From Octopus sinensis (Eukaryota), in contig NW_021832087.1 of NCBI RefSeq assembly GCF_006345805.1, forward strand, positions 1-33,348: 33,348 nt of DNA, in the 5' to 3' direction. The notes under the pieces are model-generated. The model had not been told where the DNA came from, did no database searches, and was given only the letters and a program-made list of their open reading frames with translations. Positions 1 to 12,121 of the stretch are shown piece after piece. How positions within the stretch are numbered: the stretch's first letter is position 1; every line of letters starts with the position of its first letter. The translations under genes were made by a program, and so were the position numbers.

Positions 1-240
1 GCCCCACTCCACTCCAACCTCCGCTCTCTTACCACGACCACCACCTCTAGGTTTGCACTTGGACAAAATCTATGCAATTATCAGGCAATTATTCTTTTTT
101 GCGTTAGATCAAAATCGATAGCGCAAATACACAAACATTCACAAACACATACACACAAATACAAACAATAGCATTTATAGACATAGATGTGTATATTGGA
201 AATATAAATTTGTATACATATATATATGTAAATATGAATG

Positions 241-322
241 TATGTATGTATTATGTATGTATGTACGTATGTATACACACACACACACACACACACACAC
301 CACACACACACACAAATATATA

Positions 323-355
<33 letters not shown>

Positions 356-404
356 ATATATATTTATAATATGCAGATACATACATACATCTACATACAT
401 ACAT

Positions 405-481
<77 letters not shown>

Positions 482-490
482 GAGAGAGAG

Positions 491-547
<57 letters not shown>

Positions 548-620
548 TACATGTACATATGCATACACACAACATATATATATATCTATATATATATATA
601 TATATATATATGCTTACAAA
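241..620. repeat. Compound microsatellite (TATG)n-(CA)n-(TA)n-(GA)n-(GATA)n
   Basis: Directly visible tandem units; explains ORFs 81..674, 242..481 and 344..568. Confidence 0.97.
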
Positions 621-949
621 TATGTATACAAATATATAGATCCAAGTATAGTACACAAATTTCCATACTGACATAGATGACTTTGCACATGTATATATTA
701 ACGTAAGCTAAAGCTGACTTAAAGCCAATTATGCGTGTATGTGCCCACACAAACACACATGTAAAACGAAACAAATGAATACGTACACACATATAGATAT
801 ATATACATTTGAACTTGTATACGCATGATTGTTAGTATGTACAAGCACACCTCCACACAGTTCATACATCCGTAGATACATACACAAATACATATATAAA
901 TAGATACATACATATATGCATACCTATATAATTACACACGTACACACAT

Positions 950-987
950 GTACATATATATATATGTGTGTGTGTGTGCGTGTGCAT

Positions 988-1030
<43 letters not shown>

Positions 1031-1322
1031 GACATGTGCCTGTGTTAGAACCTTGTACCCAAGATTCGTAAGCGATAGTATATTTATTAGTTAATCTGGA
1101 ATACAGATACGTTTTCGAACATATAACCACTATGTATCCACACACACACGCACACACATGCACACATACACACACATACACATACATGTACGTACGTACG
1201 TACGTATGTATGTATGTATGTATGTATGTATGTATGTATGGATGGATGGATGGATGGATGAAATGTGCGGATGTGTGCTTGTTCATACTAACAGATGTTA
1301 CATATAGATGTTCATATATATA

Positions 1323-1353
<31 letters not shown>

Positions 1354-1400
1354 CATACATGTTCATATATATAATATATATATATACATACATGTTCATA

Positions 1401-1432
<32 letters not shown>

Positions 1433-1480
1433 ATAAAAGTATGTATGTATGTATGTATGTATGTATGTATGTGTAATATA
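950..1480. repeat. Compound (TA)n/(CA)n/(TATG)n/(GGAT)n microsatellites
   Basis: Directly visible tandem units. Confidence 0.95.
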
Positions 1481-2879
1481 TATATTATAAGTGTGTTAAT
1501 GTTTATCTGTGTGTTTTTGTGAATATTTCCTGAGTATTTACAAACGGTGTGTTAAGGTCGATAATTGTCTAAATATATGTTTGTGCGTGCGTACATATAT
1601 GCACCCACGCATACACATACACACACACATATATATATATACACATACATATATGTGTATATGTATCTTTATATACATGTATATTTATATGTACTTATCT
1701 CTCCCTCCCTCTCTCTACCTTCTCTCTCTATATATATGTATGTATAAATATATATATGTGTATGTACATAGGTAGGCTCATACATACGTACATACCGTTG
1801 GTCTATAAATGTAATTAGTCATCTATAGAAGAAAAGAAATGTGCAATTCTCTTTTAAACAAGATTAGATAGGGATAGAAAAATATACGAAGTCATTATAA
1901 GATGTATAAGATGCAATAAAAGAGAAAATATTATGTTTTATGAAATAAACGAACACACAAATATAAGCACACACATACACACACACACATATATATGTGT
2001 ATATTTATACATAAATATATATATATAAATGTGTGTTTGTAAGTATAGGTATATGTGTATGTGTCCATGCATATATATGTGCAAAGAGGACATTTCGTAT
2101 AATTCACATAAATCTGAAGAGTTTCAATGTGGATTTAATTGTGAAATCTAAATTATGCTGCTGTATTTCTTAGCAATCAAAATACTTCTTCAGAAAGCAA
2201 GTTGTTTGCATATATCCCCTTGTTAGGATAACAATAAGAGTGAAAATATGCAAAATATGTTAATTTGACATTTACTTTTTCTTTCCTTCTTTCTTTCTGT
2301 CTTTCTTTCTATATTTCTTTGCAGTTATGTTCTTGTTTTTTAAAGTGTTTTATTCTATTTTTGTTTGTTGTGTTGTTGTTTTTTCTTAAATATTAATTTG
2401 TTTTGTTAATTTGTTTCCTTATGTTCATCTCTTCTCGGCGTTTTAATTTGCCATTATTAAATTTTCGTTATGTTCTTAATAGAAATAGAAAAATAAACAG
2501 ATGAACTGATTAAATTTTGTCCATTTAGTAGATAGATACGTTTGTGCAGTTTTGTATATAGTGTGTGGTGTGTCTATACATACACACACACACACACACA
2601 CCACACATGCATAAACACACTCATATATACACATACTCAGAGCGATGCAGCGAGTGGAGGGAGACTGGAGGGAGAGTGTTCGAAACCTTTCATACTATCA
2701 TACAATGAAAATAATATACGCAATCTTCAAATTTAACAAATGAGACTCAACATTTTAAATCTTCAGTTATGGGAACGAATCTTTCAAACTAATGAATCTT
2801 AGCAAACTGGAAATAAATACGTTTTTAGAATCTGCGAAATGTTCTGTTACATTCTTTTCATAAGAACATTACTTGTGTT

Positions 2880-2896
2880 GTGTGTGTGTGTGTATG

Positions 2897-2932
<36 letters not shown>

Positions 2933-2999
2933 TGTATGTATGTATGTATGTATGTAGTATGTATGTATGTATGTATGTATGTTGCATGTATGTATGTAT

Positions 3000-3066
<67 letters not shown>

Positions 3067-3358
3067 TCTATTATCTATATATATGTAGATATAGATATAG
3101 AATAGATATATATTTACATATATAATATAATATATATGCATATATATGTGTGTGTCTGTACATATAGATAAATGGAGATATCCATCACACATACATTCAT
3201 GCATAGAAATATGTATATATATATATATATATACATACATTTAGATATATAACATATATGTATACACACACACACACACATATATTACATATAATTACAT
3301 AGTCTAATGTATGTATGTACATATATATATATATAATTACATATGTCCATATGTGTAT

Positions 3359-3427
<69 letters not shown>

Positions 3428-3430
3428 GTA
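2880..3430. repeat. Compound (TG)n/(TATG)n/(TA)n microsatellites
   Basis: Directly visible tandem units. Confidence 0.95.
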
Positions 3431-3736
3431 TTTGCAAATGTATAAATATTATTTATGTATAAATCTATGTACGTGTGTATTTTCGAATAGTATCTTAAAA
3501 TCTAAAATGAGAATAAACGTTGTATATTATATAGGAATAATTGACGATACGGCAGCAGCAAACAATCCAGTCAAAAGGTCCAATGTTCGTTTCCTATCGA
3601 CGGCGTAGTCATGCAAATAAACTTATATGGATAAAGACATTTTTACATAGTTGTAACATCGATTTTCCTGAACCTATAATTCCAAATTTCCTAAGCCATT
3701 CCAGATTAGGGATTTTTTCCGAAACAGGTTTGGTTA

Positions 3737-3822
3737 CCTTGGCCAGTACACTCTAAAATAGCCTTAGGACGACCAAAGCCTTCTGGGTAGATTTTGTAGA
3801 CGGAAACCGAAAGAAACCCATC

Positions 3823-3862
<40 letters not shown>

Positions 3863-3945
3863 ATGTTGGTGTGTTTACGTTCCCATAACCTGGCGGTGCT
3901 CCAGCATGACCGCAGTCAAAAGACTAAAACAAGTAAAAGATATAA
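3737..3945 (+). mobile_element. Family B (CORE-like) tRNA-SINE, 5'-truncated, with internal (TA)n
   Basis: gaccaaagcc...tagacggaaaccgaaagaa, then (TA)n, then ttggtgtgtttacgttccc...gcggtgctccagcatgaccgcagtc...aaacaagtaaaaga; matches the fuller copy at 15197-15625. Confidence 0.85.
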
Positions 3946-3949
3946 TATA

Positions 3950-4004
<55 letters not shown>

Positions 4005-4008
<4 letters not shown>

Positions 4009-4170
4009 TGCTTCTTTCAGTTTCCGTCTACCAAAACCATTCACAAGGCTTCAGTCGGTCAAAGGAAATAGTAAAAGACACTTGCCCAAGAAGCCACGCA
4101 GTGAAATTGAAATCGCAATCATATGGTTGGAAGCAAATTCTTACCTCACAACCGAACATGCGTATATTCT
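4005..4170 (-). mobile_element. Family B SINE, 5' half
   Basis: Reverse complement gives the tRNA-like head and the cttgggcaagtgtctt CORE-like motif seen in other copies. Confidence 0.85.
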
Positions 4171-4215
4171 TATCCATATCATAGCGATTTTATGCCCAAG
4201 TGAAGCAAACATATA

Positions 4216-4610
4216 TTTTTCTACCCGAGGTGCAAGGCCCGAAATTTTGGGGGAGACGGCCAGTCGATTAGATCGATCCCAGTATGCAACTGGTATTTAA
4301 TATATCGACCCCGAAAGGATGAAAAGCAAAATCGACCCTGGCGGAATTTGAACTGAGAACGTCAAGACAGACGAAATATCTATTTCTTTACTACCCAGAG
4401 GGGCTAAACACAGAAAGGACAAACAAGGACAGACAAACGGATTAAGTCAATTATATCGACCCCAGTGCGTAACTGGTACTTATTTAATCGACCCCGAAAG
4501 GATGAAAGGCAAAGTCAACCTCGGGGGAATTTGAACTCAGAACTTAGCGGCAGACTAAATACCACTAAGCATATCCTCCAGTGTGCTAACGTTTCTGCCA
4601 GCTCGCCGTC
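4216..4610 (-). mobile_element. Family A tRNA-SINE composite: long variant (4381-4610) joined to a headless second copy (4216-4380)
   Basis: Reverse complement has an A-box-like TGGCAGAAACG, B-box GAGTTCAAATTCC and central gactttgcctttcatcctttcggggtcgat, then the tail ...aaagaaatag|atatttcgtc... junction. Confidence 0.9.
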
Positions 4611-4744
4611 TTTAAACAAGCATATATTATGAAAGAAAAAAAAGCACCGATTAGGCTTTATATGAGCGCTGTAGGGAAGAAACGTACGAAGTTAGGCTTG
4701 TGAAGAGTCTTAGGACGCATAGTTCTAGGCTTGTCAAGACTCAT

Positions 4745-5000
4745 AATGCCGTAGCTTTGCTCCGTTTCTATAGCGTCTAAGCGACTGGGACAACAATAAT
4801 TCCTCACCCCATTTCAGTCTATCATTGTCAGTCTATCACAGGATTAACTTTTTAACTGTTCCTGGAACTAATTTACAACTGACTGGATTGGAACAATGTG
4901 ATGCGAAGTGTTTTGCTCAAGAACAAGACACACTACCCGCTCCGAGAATCGAAACCATGATCCCACTCACTATCGTGAATGGAACATCATAACAACCAAG
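4745..5000 (-). mobile_element. Old family C tRNA-SINE (diverged)
   Basis: aagtgttttgctcaagaaca...gaatcgaaacc matches the clearer copy at 26455-26705. Confidence 0.6.
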
Positions 5001-5034
5001 GCTAAGTACTTTTACGCCGTAGAGTGGGTGTAAC

Positions 5035-5251
5035 ATTGGTTTCGAATTTTAGCTCAAGACTAGTATTTTCGTGGGAGAACGTGGGTCGATTGAATCGACC
5101 TCAGTGCTCAAGTACTGCTTATCTTACCAACACAGAGAGAATGAAAGGGAAAGTAGGTCTCGGTGGAATTTGAACATAAAACGTAAAGACTGCGAAATTC
5201 CGCTAAGTATTTGGCACGGTATGCTAACGATTCTGCCAGTTTGTTGCCTTA
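5035..5251 (-). mobile_element. Family A SINE (short variant)
   Basis: Head and central domain homologous to other family A copies. Confidence 0.85.
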
Positions 5252-5277
5252 TAGAGTAGAAATGATATTAAATTCAC

Positions 5278-5480
5278 AGTGAGTTCAAATTCCACCGAGA
5301 TCGACTTTTTCTTCCATGATTTCGGGGTCGATTAAATAAATACCAGTTATGCATTGGAGTCGATGTACTCGACTTAATTTCTTTGTCTGTCTTTGTTTGT
5401 CCCCTCAATGTTTAGCATCCTGTGGGCAATAATGAAATAGATATTAAATTCACAGAGGTCTTGTGCCAAAATTTGAAACC
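5278..5480 (+). mobile_element. Family A SINE, long variant, 5'-truncated at the B box
   Basis: gagttcaaattccaccgag...tttgtctgtctttgtttgtcccctc...gggcaataatgaaatag. Confidence 0.85.
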
Positions 5481-5832
5481 AATTTAAAATTTGCAGAAAA
5501 GAATCAGATTCAAGAATCTTGTTTCGAATCACACTCGTCTGTAAATGAACTTTACTTATGACACAAAATATACCTTTGAAAAGCAAGAAATTTCATGTCA
5601 CATTTATTCAGCGATACTTTCTCTATATAACATAGGGTCTTTGTGTGTCGTGAAAAAGAAAATAATGTTTAGGGAAATATCTGGACAAAATTCTTATAGC
5701 ATTCAGGGAGAGAGAGAAAGACTCTTCCGCTTTTCTAGAAAAAGTCGAGTAAAAAGCTTTAAAGAGTTAAGCTATTATTTAATTTTTCATTCCGGTAAAA
5801 TCGCTTGTTGTTGTTATTATTATCATTAACAC

Positions 5833-5896
<64 letters not shown>
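5833..5896. repeat. (TTA)n microsatellite
   Basis: Directly visible. Confidence 0.97.
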
Positions 5897-6289
5897 GGTC
5901 GGACGAAATAACATTTGAAGAGATCTTTTAAAGTAAAGCAGAACGAGAAGAAATTTGTACTTTATAGAAATAATACAACATACAAATAAGCAATTAATGA
6001 TACAATGGGTGCATTGAAATTAAAACGGAAATAGGCAGATCAAGTGAATTAATGTTATTCATAAGATACCATTTTGTAATGCTCCTTCAAGTCTATGCGA
6101 AAATGTATTCAATAAACACCAGAAAACATGGTTTAGAGAATGCAGCAGTAAATTTTTATGTACATCCGGTTTGCTTTGTGTTACTACGTGCCTTGCATTC
6201 TTGTTTAACAAACAGCAAAACTAATCAAGATAAATTAGTTCATATGTTCTTTGACTCCCAGCATGTTATTCATAATGAACAAATAAGCA

Positions 6290-6577
6290 TATGTATATAT
6301 GTACGTATGTAAGTATGTATGCATGTATGCATGTGTGTGTGTATGTGTATATATATATATGTGTGTGAGTATATATATATAAATATATATACATATATAC
6401 ATATATATGTACGTATGCATATTTATGTATGTATATATATATATGTATATATACACATACATACATACATACATATATACATATACATATATACATATAT
6501 ATACATACACGCACATACACACACACATGCATACGTATATACATACATATATATATACATATATAGATATATAAATA

Positions 6578-6620
<43 letters not shown>

Positions 6621-6762
6621 ATACATACATACATACATACATACATAAACACACACACATATATACATGTAGTTTATTAAAACTGATAAGAGTAATTTTC
6701 AGAATTCGAAGCAAAACACACGAACCACATGAGAGTATATCCCTACACACACTCACACACAC

Positions 6763-6843
<81 letters not shown>

Positions 6844-6900
6844 GTGCACACACACACACACACATATATATATATACGTGCACACACACACGTATATTTT
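6290..6900. repeat. Compound (TA)n/(CA)n/(TACA)n microsatellites
   Basis: Directly visible. Confidence 0.95.
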
Positions 6901-7004
6901 ATCGAAAGTGCTGAGATAGCATGTGCGTACATAATTATAAGCATATTTACTTTCCTACATGTAACAAACTCACATATAATCTCGCTGTTTGAATAGAAAC
7001 CTGC

Positions 7005-7160
7005 CACAGTCACGTGTAGCCTTAATGTAGTTTTGAAAGAGATTCAGCATTCCACTGAATATGACATGCCCGGGCCTTTTGAAATACAGGTATCGCCACC
7101 AGGAATCGAACTCCTGATCTTAAGATCGTGAGCCGAACACCCTAACCTCTAAACCACGTA
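7005..7160 (-). mobile_element. Degraded, internally deleted family D SINE
   Basis: gagattcagc...ccttttgaaatacaggta and ggaatcgaactc...cctaacc match the copy at 15900-16288. Confidence 0.65.
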
Positions 7161-7242
7161 TTTTTTACAATGATATTGATAATATTTAAGGAAAGTATTA
7201 ACAGAATTCCATATACTCTTTAATTAGTTTAAAACTAGTTAA

Positions 7243-7959
7243 AAGCCACCCGTTACTAGCCCAACAGTAAGGAAAAGGAATAATAGAGATAAGAAAGTTA
7301 TCTGGGTTACACCCCCTTACTCACCCGAGGTGGCCTTCAATATAGGTAAATATTTTCTAGCACTGATAGATATACATTTTCCAGTTAATCATACTTATAG
7401 GAAACTCTTCAATAGACACAATTTAAAAATTAGTTTTAGTTCCACTACCAATTTTAAAAACATAATCAAACATAACATACAAAAAACACAAGAAAACAGC
7501 TGTTCATGCAGGAATAAAGAATTGTGCCCGCTAAATAGAGCTTGCATATCCAAGACCATCATATATGAAGCTACCGTAGACTCTATAACCACTAAAGACA
7601 CCGTTTCGACGAAGAAATACGTGGGCCTTACAGAGGGTAATTTCAAGGCCAGGTTCAATAACCACACTTTGAGCTTTAGGCACTGGAACAAAAGAAAAGC
7701 GACACAATTATCTAATCATATTTGGTCTTTAAGAGATAAAGGTGTCGATTACAACATACAATGGAAGATTTTGGCCAAATGTAAGCCCTATACCAACGGC
7801 AGCGGAAGGTGCGATCTATGCGACATGGAGAGATGGCTTATCTGGAAAAGCAGCTTAGACCCTACTACATGTCTAAACTCAAGGACAGAACTTTTCGTTT
7901 CATGCCCAAATGTGACTAAATTTCTGTTATGTTTTTGGTCCCCTAAAGAAAACAGATAG
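7243..7959 (+). mobile_element. Penelope-like element 3' fragment: RT-EN linker and GIY-YIG endonuclease, open reading frame
   Basis: Frame is open from 7243: KKVIWVTPPYS...KLFNRHNLKISFS, CSCRNKELCPL linker cysteines, IIYEA...KYVGLTE...KARFNNH, CDLCDMER and LNSRTEL. This is the typical PLE GIY-YIG layout; no RT core upstream. Confidence 0.9.
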
Positions 7960-8149
7960 AACATGCTTTTTATGTTATGTCCCAAGAAGGTTTTTTTACC
8001 TCATCATACCTTCTATCATATATTTTTTATATATATTTTATGTATATTTCTTATATATTTTTTATGTATTTTTATATAATTTTTCTGTGTTTTCTTGTTT
8101 GGATTAACTATATATATATATATATATATATGCATACATATCTATATAT

Positions 8150-8420
8150 ATGCACACACACATAGGTATGCGTGCGTATGTGTGTGTGTTTGTGGGTGTA
8201 TGTGTGCTTGTCTATGTGTTTGCCCCCCCCCCCCAAAAAAAAACCTCTTGACAACTGTTGTTTGTTGTTTAGATCCCTACGGAACTTACCGGTTCGGTGA
8301 AAGAAACCGAGAGAATAAAAACGAGGTTTAAAATTAATAAGTACTGAGTTTGATACATTCAACTAAAAATGGCAGTGCCTCAGTATGGCCGCAGTCTAAT
8401 GACTGAAACAAGTAATAGAT
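8150..8420 (+). mobile_element. Family B SINE 3' portion (diverged)
   Basis: ccggttcggtgaaagaaaccgagagaataa...cagtatggccgcagtctaatgactgaaacaagtaa tail. Confidence 0.75.
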
Positions 8421-8696
8421 AGAAGCTAATAACGTATTTTGAGACTGTATACCGTCGCGACTTGTCCTCCTTATTGGTATTCATTTTTCTGTCATCCTTT
8501 TTCCTGTTTTCAACGACAGATCTGCGATAGAATTTTGACATTGTTTTGAAATGGTGTTAGTCGTTGAAAATCACTCAGTTCATCTAATCTGTTTTCAGAA
8601 GCAGATGAGTGAGCTAAGGGTAAAGCCCCTGTAAGAAATGTAATATGGTTAGAGGAAACCCGTGGCCTCATGATAGTGATCGTAGCACATCATCAA

Positions 8697-9260
8697 GGTT
8701 GTGAGCTGGCAGAAACTTTAGCACGCCGGGCGAAATGCTTAGAAGTATATCGTTTGCCGTTACGTTCTGAGTTCAAATTCCGCCGAGGTCGACTTTGCCT
8801 TTCATCCTTTCAGGGTCGATTAAATAAGTACCAGTTACGCACTGGGGTCGATAAAATCGGCTTAATCTCTTTGTGCGTCCTTGTTTGTCCTCTCTCTGTT
8901 TAGCCCCTTGTAAGTAGTAAAGAAATAGGTATTTCGTCTGTCTTTACGTTCTGAGTTGAAATTCCGCCGAGGTAAATTAAATACCAGTTGCGTGCTGGGG
9001 GCGATCAAATCGACTAGCTACCTCCCCACAAAATTCGGCCATTGTGTCTAGAGTAGAAAATAAACGTTAGCACGCCGAACAACATGTTTAGTGGCATTTA
9101 GTCTGTCTTTACGTTGTGTGTTCAAATTCCGCCGAGGTCGACTTTGCCTTTCACCCTTTCAGGTTCAATAAATTAAGTTCCGGTCAAGCAATGGAGTCGA
9201 TTTCATTGACTTACCCCCTCCTCAAAGATGATGGCCTTTGACCAAAATTTGCAGCCAACA
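8697..9260 (+). mobile_element. Family A SINE trimer: long variant, then a headless copy from 8929, then a headless copy from about 9062
   Basis: Three successive family A bodies; junctions aaagaaatag|gtatttcgtc and agaaaat|aaacgttagc. Confidence 0.9.
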
Positions 9261-9499
9261 TAACAATACCACAATACCCGCACTCGTGGTCATCGTTTCT
9301 TGCTCAGCTTAAAGCCATTTGAATCAGTCAAAACATAAGAGGAAAAAAAAAAGAATGATTTAAAAGAAATATATAAAAAAGTCTATTAATGACTGAACAA
9401 AAGAAATCGAGATATCACAGGAAGGGAAGAAAAGGGCAAACCTTTGGAATTGTTCGTTAACAAATGTATTTAGAGGATATCCTCCGAATATACGAGTAC

Positions 9500-9532
9500 A
9501 TATGTATAGTGTATATGTATATGTATGTGTAC

Positions 9533-9574
<42 letters not shown>

Positions 9575-9710
9575 TGGCTGTTTGTGTTTGTGTTTGTGAA
9601 ATTTACTATTATAAAGCTTCCAGCAGTCGACATACAATGCGTTATGATTGCGATAAGAAATGTCATAGTGAAATTTTGCGTATTTGCTTGTATATAAGTA
9701 TGAGTTTCTG

Positions 9711-9765
<55 letters not shown>

Positions 9766-9960
9766 AGTGTGCATGCGTGCGTTTGTGTGGATGTTTGCGT
9801 GTGTAAGCTCTTGAGTGTGTTTGGCTGTGTGTGCATATATCTGCGTGTTTGGGTGAGTGTACCTGAGTATTTGTATATTTTTGCATGTGTTTGTGTGTGT
9901 ATGTTTTTGTGTTTGTGTTTTTGTGTGTTTCTATATGTTTGTGTTTGTGTATGTGCATGA
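9500..9960. repeat. (TA)n/(TG)n-rich low-complexity tract
   Basis: Directly visible. Confidence 0.93.
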
Positions 9961-10189
9961 GTGGTCATATGCCGAGGTCAACAACAGGATCTCCTTTTGT
10001 CAGCTTGAAAAGACAAAGGCAAGTAGGAGGATGGAAAATATTCGAGAGAAGGTCAGCGATGAAAGGGGAAGAGGTTTAGGTGAATGAAGGAGATTATATA
10101 AACGGAAGGATGAGAGCTGAAATCAGAAGGGAAGAGGCAGGACGGACAAAACGATATTGGACGAAAGAAGAAAGATTAAAACAGAGAGG

Positions 10190-10398
10190 GACAGACAGAC
10201 AGAGGGGGAGAAATAGTAACAGACTGAGAGTGAGAAAGAGAGAGAGAGAGAGAGCGGGAGAGAGGCAATGGGAAATAGTGTGTGTTTGTGTGTATGAGAG
10301 AGAGAAGCAAAGGGAAACAATGAGTGAGTGAGAGAGAGAGAGAGAGATTCAAAGAGAAACAGTGAGAGAAAGAGAGACAGTTGGACAAACAAACGCGT

Positions 10399-10439
<41 letters not shown>

Positions 10440-10590
10440 GAGATACTGAGAGAGAAAGAGAGAGAGAGATGGGAGAGAGAAGAGAGAGAGAGAGAAAGAA
10501 AGGGAGAGTGTGGCAAACAAAAAAAGGAGAAGAAATAGACCGAGAGAGTGAGAGAGAGAGAGCGATTAAGATGAAGAGAGACATAGGGAA
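10190..10590. repeat. (GA)n-rich purine tract
   Basis: Directly visible. Confidence 0.93.
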
Positions 10591-10837
10591 AGAGATGCAG
10601 AGGCAGTGACGGGGGATAATCAGAGATTTACAGAACGTCAAAATAGAAAAAAAAAAAGACCAGTAATTCCGCTCAAGAACAGGAAATATACGAATAAACG
10701 GACGCCATTTTCTCCTCTTTTTGTATTGAATTATATTAAACGCTACAACAATGTTTTTCATTCACTTAAGACGATAGATCGTAAATAATAAATTATAACT
10801 GTTTCATATTAGACCGTTAATAGTTAAATCAATCAAG

Positions 10838-10965
10838 TACGGGAAGATTTGATCGGAATGGGTGTCAGCTTGAAGCAGATAACAGTTTGGTGAAGAACGG
10901 TACTGCTTGGGCAGCTCTCGACGCCTGATGCTCTTCGACCGAAAGGAGACGACATAACAACCTGT
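10838..10965 (+). mobile_element. Probable RTE-clade LINE extreme 3' end
   Basis: With one frameshift it translates to EDLIGMGVSLKQIT / LVKNGTAWAAL..CSSTERR. This resembles my recollection of RTE ORF C-termini (DL..MG......A.DR..W..LV..LC). It is followed by a microsatellite. Confidence 0.5.
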
Positions 10966-10968
10966 GAT

Positions 10969-10992
10969 ATTCTTCTTCTTCTTCTTCTTCTT

Positions 10993-11023
<31 letters not shown>

Positions 11024-11297
11024 TCTTCTTCTTCTTCTTCTTATCTTCTTCTTCTTCTTCTCTTCTTCTTTTCTTCTTCTTCCTTTTGTCCTTCTTCTTC
11101 TTCTTCTTCTTCTTCTTCTTCTTCTTCTTCTTCTTCCTTATCTTCTTCTTCTTCTTCTTCTTCTTTTTCTTCTTCTTCCTTTTGTCCTTCCTTTTCTTCT
11201 TCTTCTTCTTCTTCTTCTTCTTCTTCTTCTCCTTCTTCTTCTTCTTCTTCTTCTTCTTCTTCTTCTTCTTCTTCTTCTTCTTCTTTTTCTTCTTCTT
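10969..11297. repeat. Long (CTT)n / GAA.TTC tract, about 330 bp
   Basis: Directly visible; source of the poly-K/R, poly-F and poly-S ORFs. Confidence 0.98.
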
Positions 11298-11460
11298 AAG
11301 GCGGTCGGCTAGTAGAATCGTTAGCACCCAGGCGAAATGCTTTGCGTTCTGATTTCAAATTCTGTCGATAATCTAAGTACTATTTGATTACGAGCGTCGA
11401 TGTAATCGATTTGTCCTCACCCCCGAAATTGCCGGCGTTGTGTCAAAATTTGAAATCAGT
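11298..11460 (+). mobile_element. Internally deleted family A SINE inside the CTT repeat
   Basis: aaggcggtcggctagtagaatcgttagcac...aaaatttgaaatc, flanked by ttcttcttct on both sides. Confidence 0.8.
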
Positions 11461-11877
11461 ATTCTTCTTCTACCTCTATTATCTTCAAGTACTATGCAAT
11501 TAAGGATCTAAACTTGGAGTAGAAATCGAAGCTAAAATCTAAATATTTAATTTATTGAAACAAGAAATCGAGTTCTGGATGTCTATTTGCCTGGAAAATT
11601 ATTTCGTGAGATCACGTGTTGAAACTAAAACAACTGTAGCGTACAAGACACAAATTAGGCATTTAAAAAGATTGATAAACTCGCTTAAACATTTTTTATT
11701 CAATGCCGACATTTTTCTCGCGTCGACTGCAACCTGGTCACTGACCCAGTTCTGGTGTAAGAAGAAAATCGAAGATGTAATCAATGCTCTTTAAAGAATG
11801 ATTTCTGATTTAGATATGATGCATGCAGTTTTTGAGGTGGTTAATTAATGCAATAGAACCTAGTACTTGACTATTGA

Positions 11878-12081
11878 TAAATGTTATAAACCCCCGGAGG
11901 AATGAAATGCAAAGATGAATTCGCACCAATTGAGCACTGGGATCGGTATAATCTACTTAAACCCTCTTCCAAAATTACTAAATGTTATAAACCCCCGGAG
12001 GAATGAAATGCAAAGATGAATTCGCACCAATTGAGCACTGGGATCGGTATAATCTACTTAAACCCTCTTCCAAAATTACTA
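11878..12081. repeat. Perfect 101-bp tandem duplication made of family A SINE pieces
   Basis: 11878-11978 is identical to 11979-12079 by base-by-base reading. Confidence 0.95.
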
Positions 12082-12121
12082 TCCTTGAATCAAAATGTGA
12101 AACTATTTTTTTTAATCTATA

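Noticed and set aside
81-3608. Many YI/CV/HT-rich ORFs here and throughout the window
   Set aside because: Translations of (TA)n, (TG)n and (CA)n microsatellites; no domain content.
8485-8560. Strong-looking splice acceptors at 8519 and near 20397
   Set aside because: All three frames hit stops within about 35 nt; a non-coding exon cannot be supported from sequence alone.
8670-8903. Near-identical ORFs at 8670, 13259 and 12257 suggesting a small gene family
   Set aside because: They are translations of family A SINE copies.
10833-11352. Poly-Lys/Arg, poly-Ser and poly-Phe ORFs resembling protamine or SR proteins
   Set aside because: They are readings of the (CTT)n tract; any frame of it is open.
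11540-11800. 79-aa ORF 11555..11794, possibly a transposon relic
   Set aside because: I could not match it to any family motif, so it is left unclassified.
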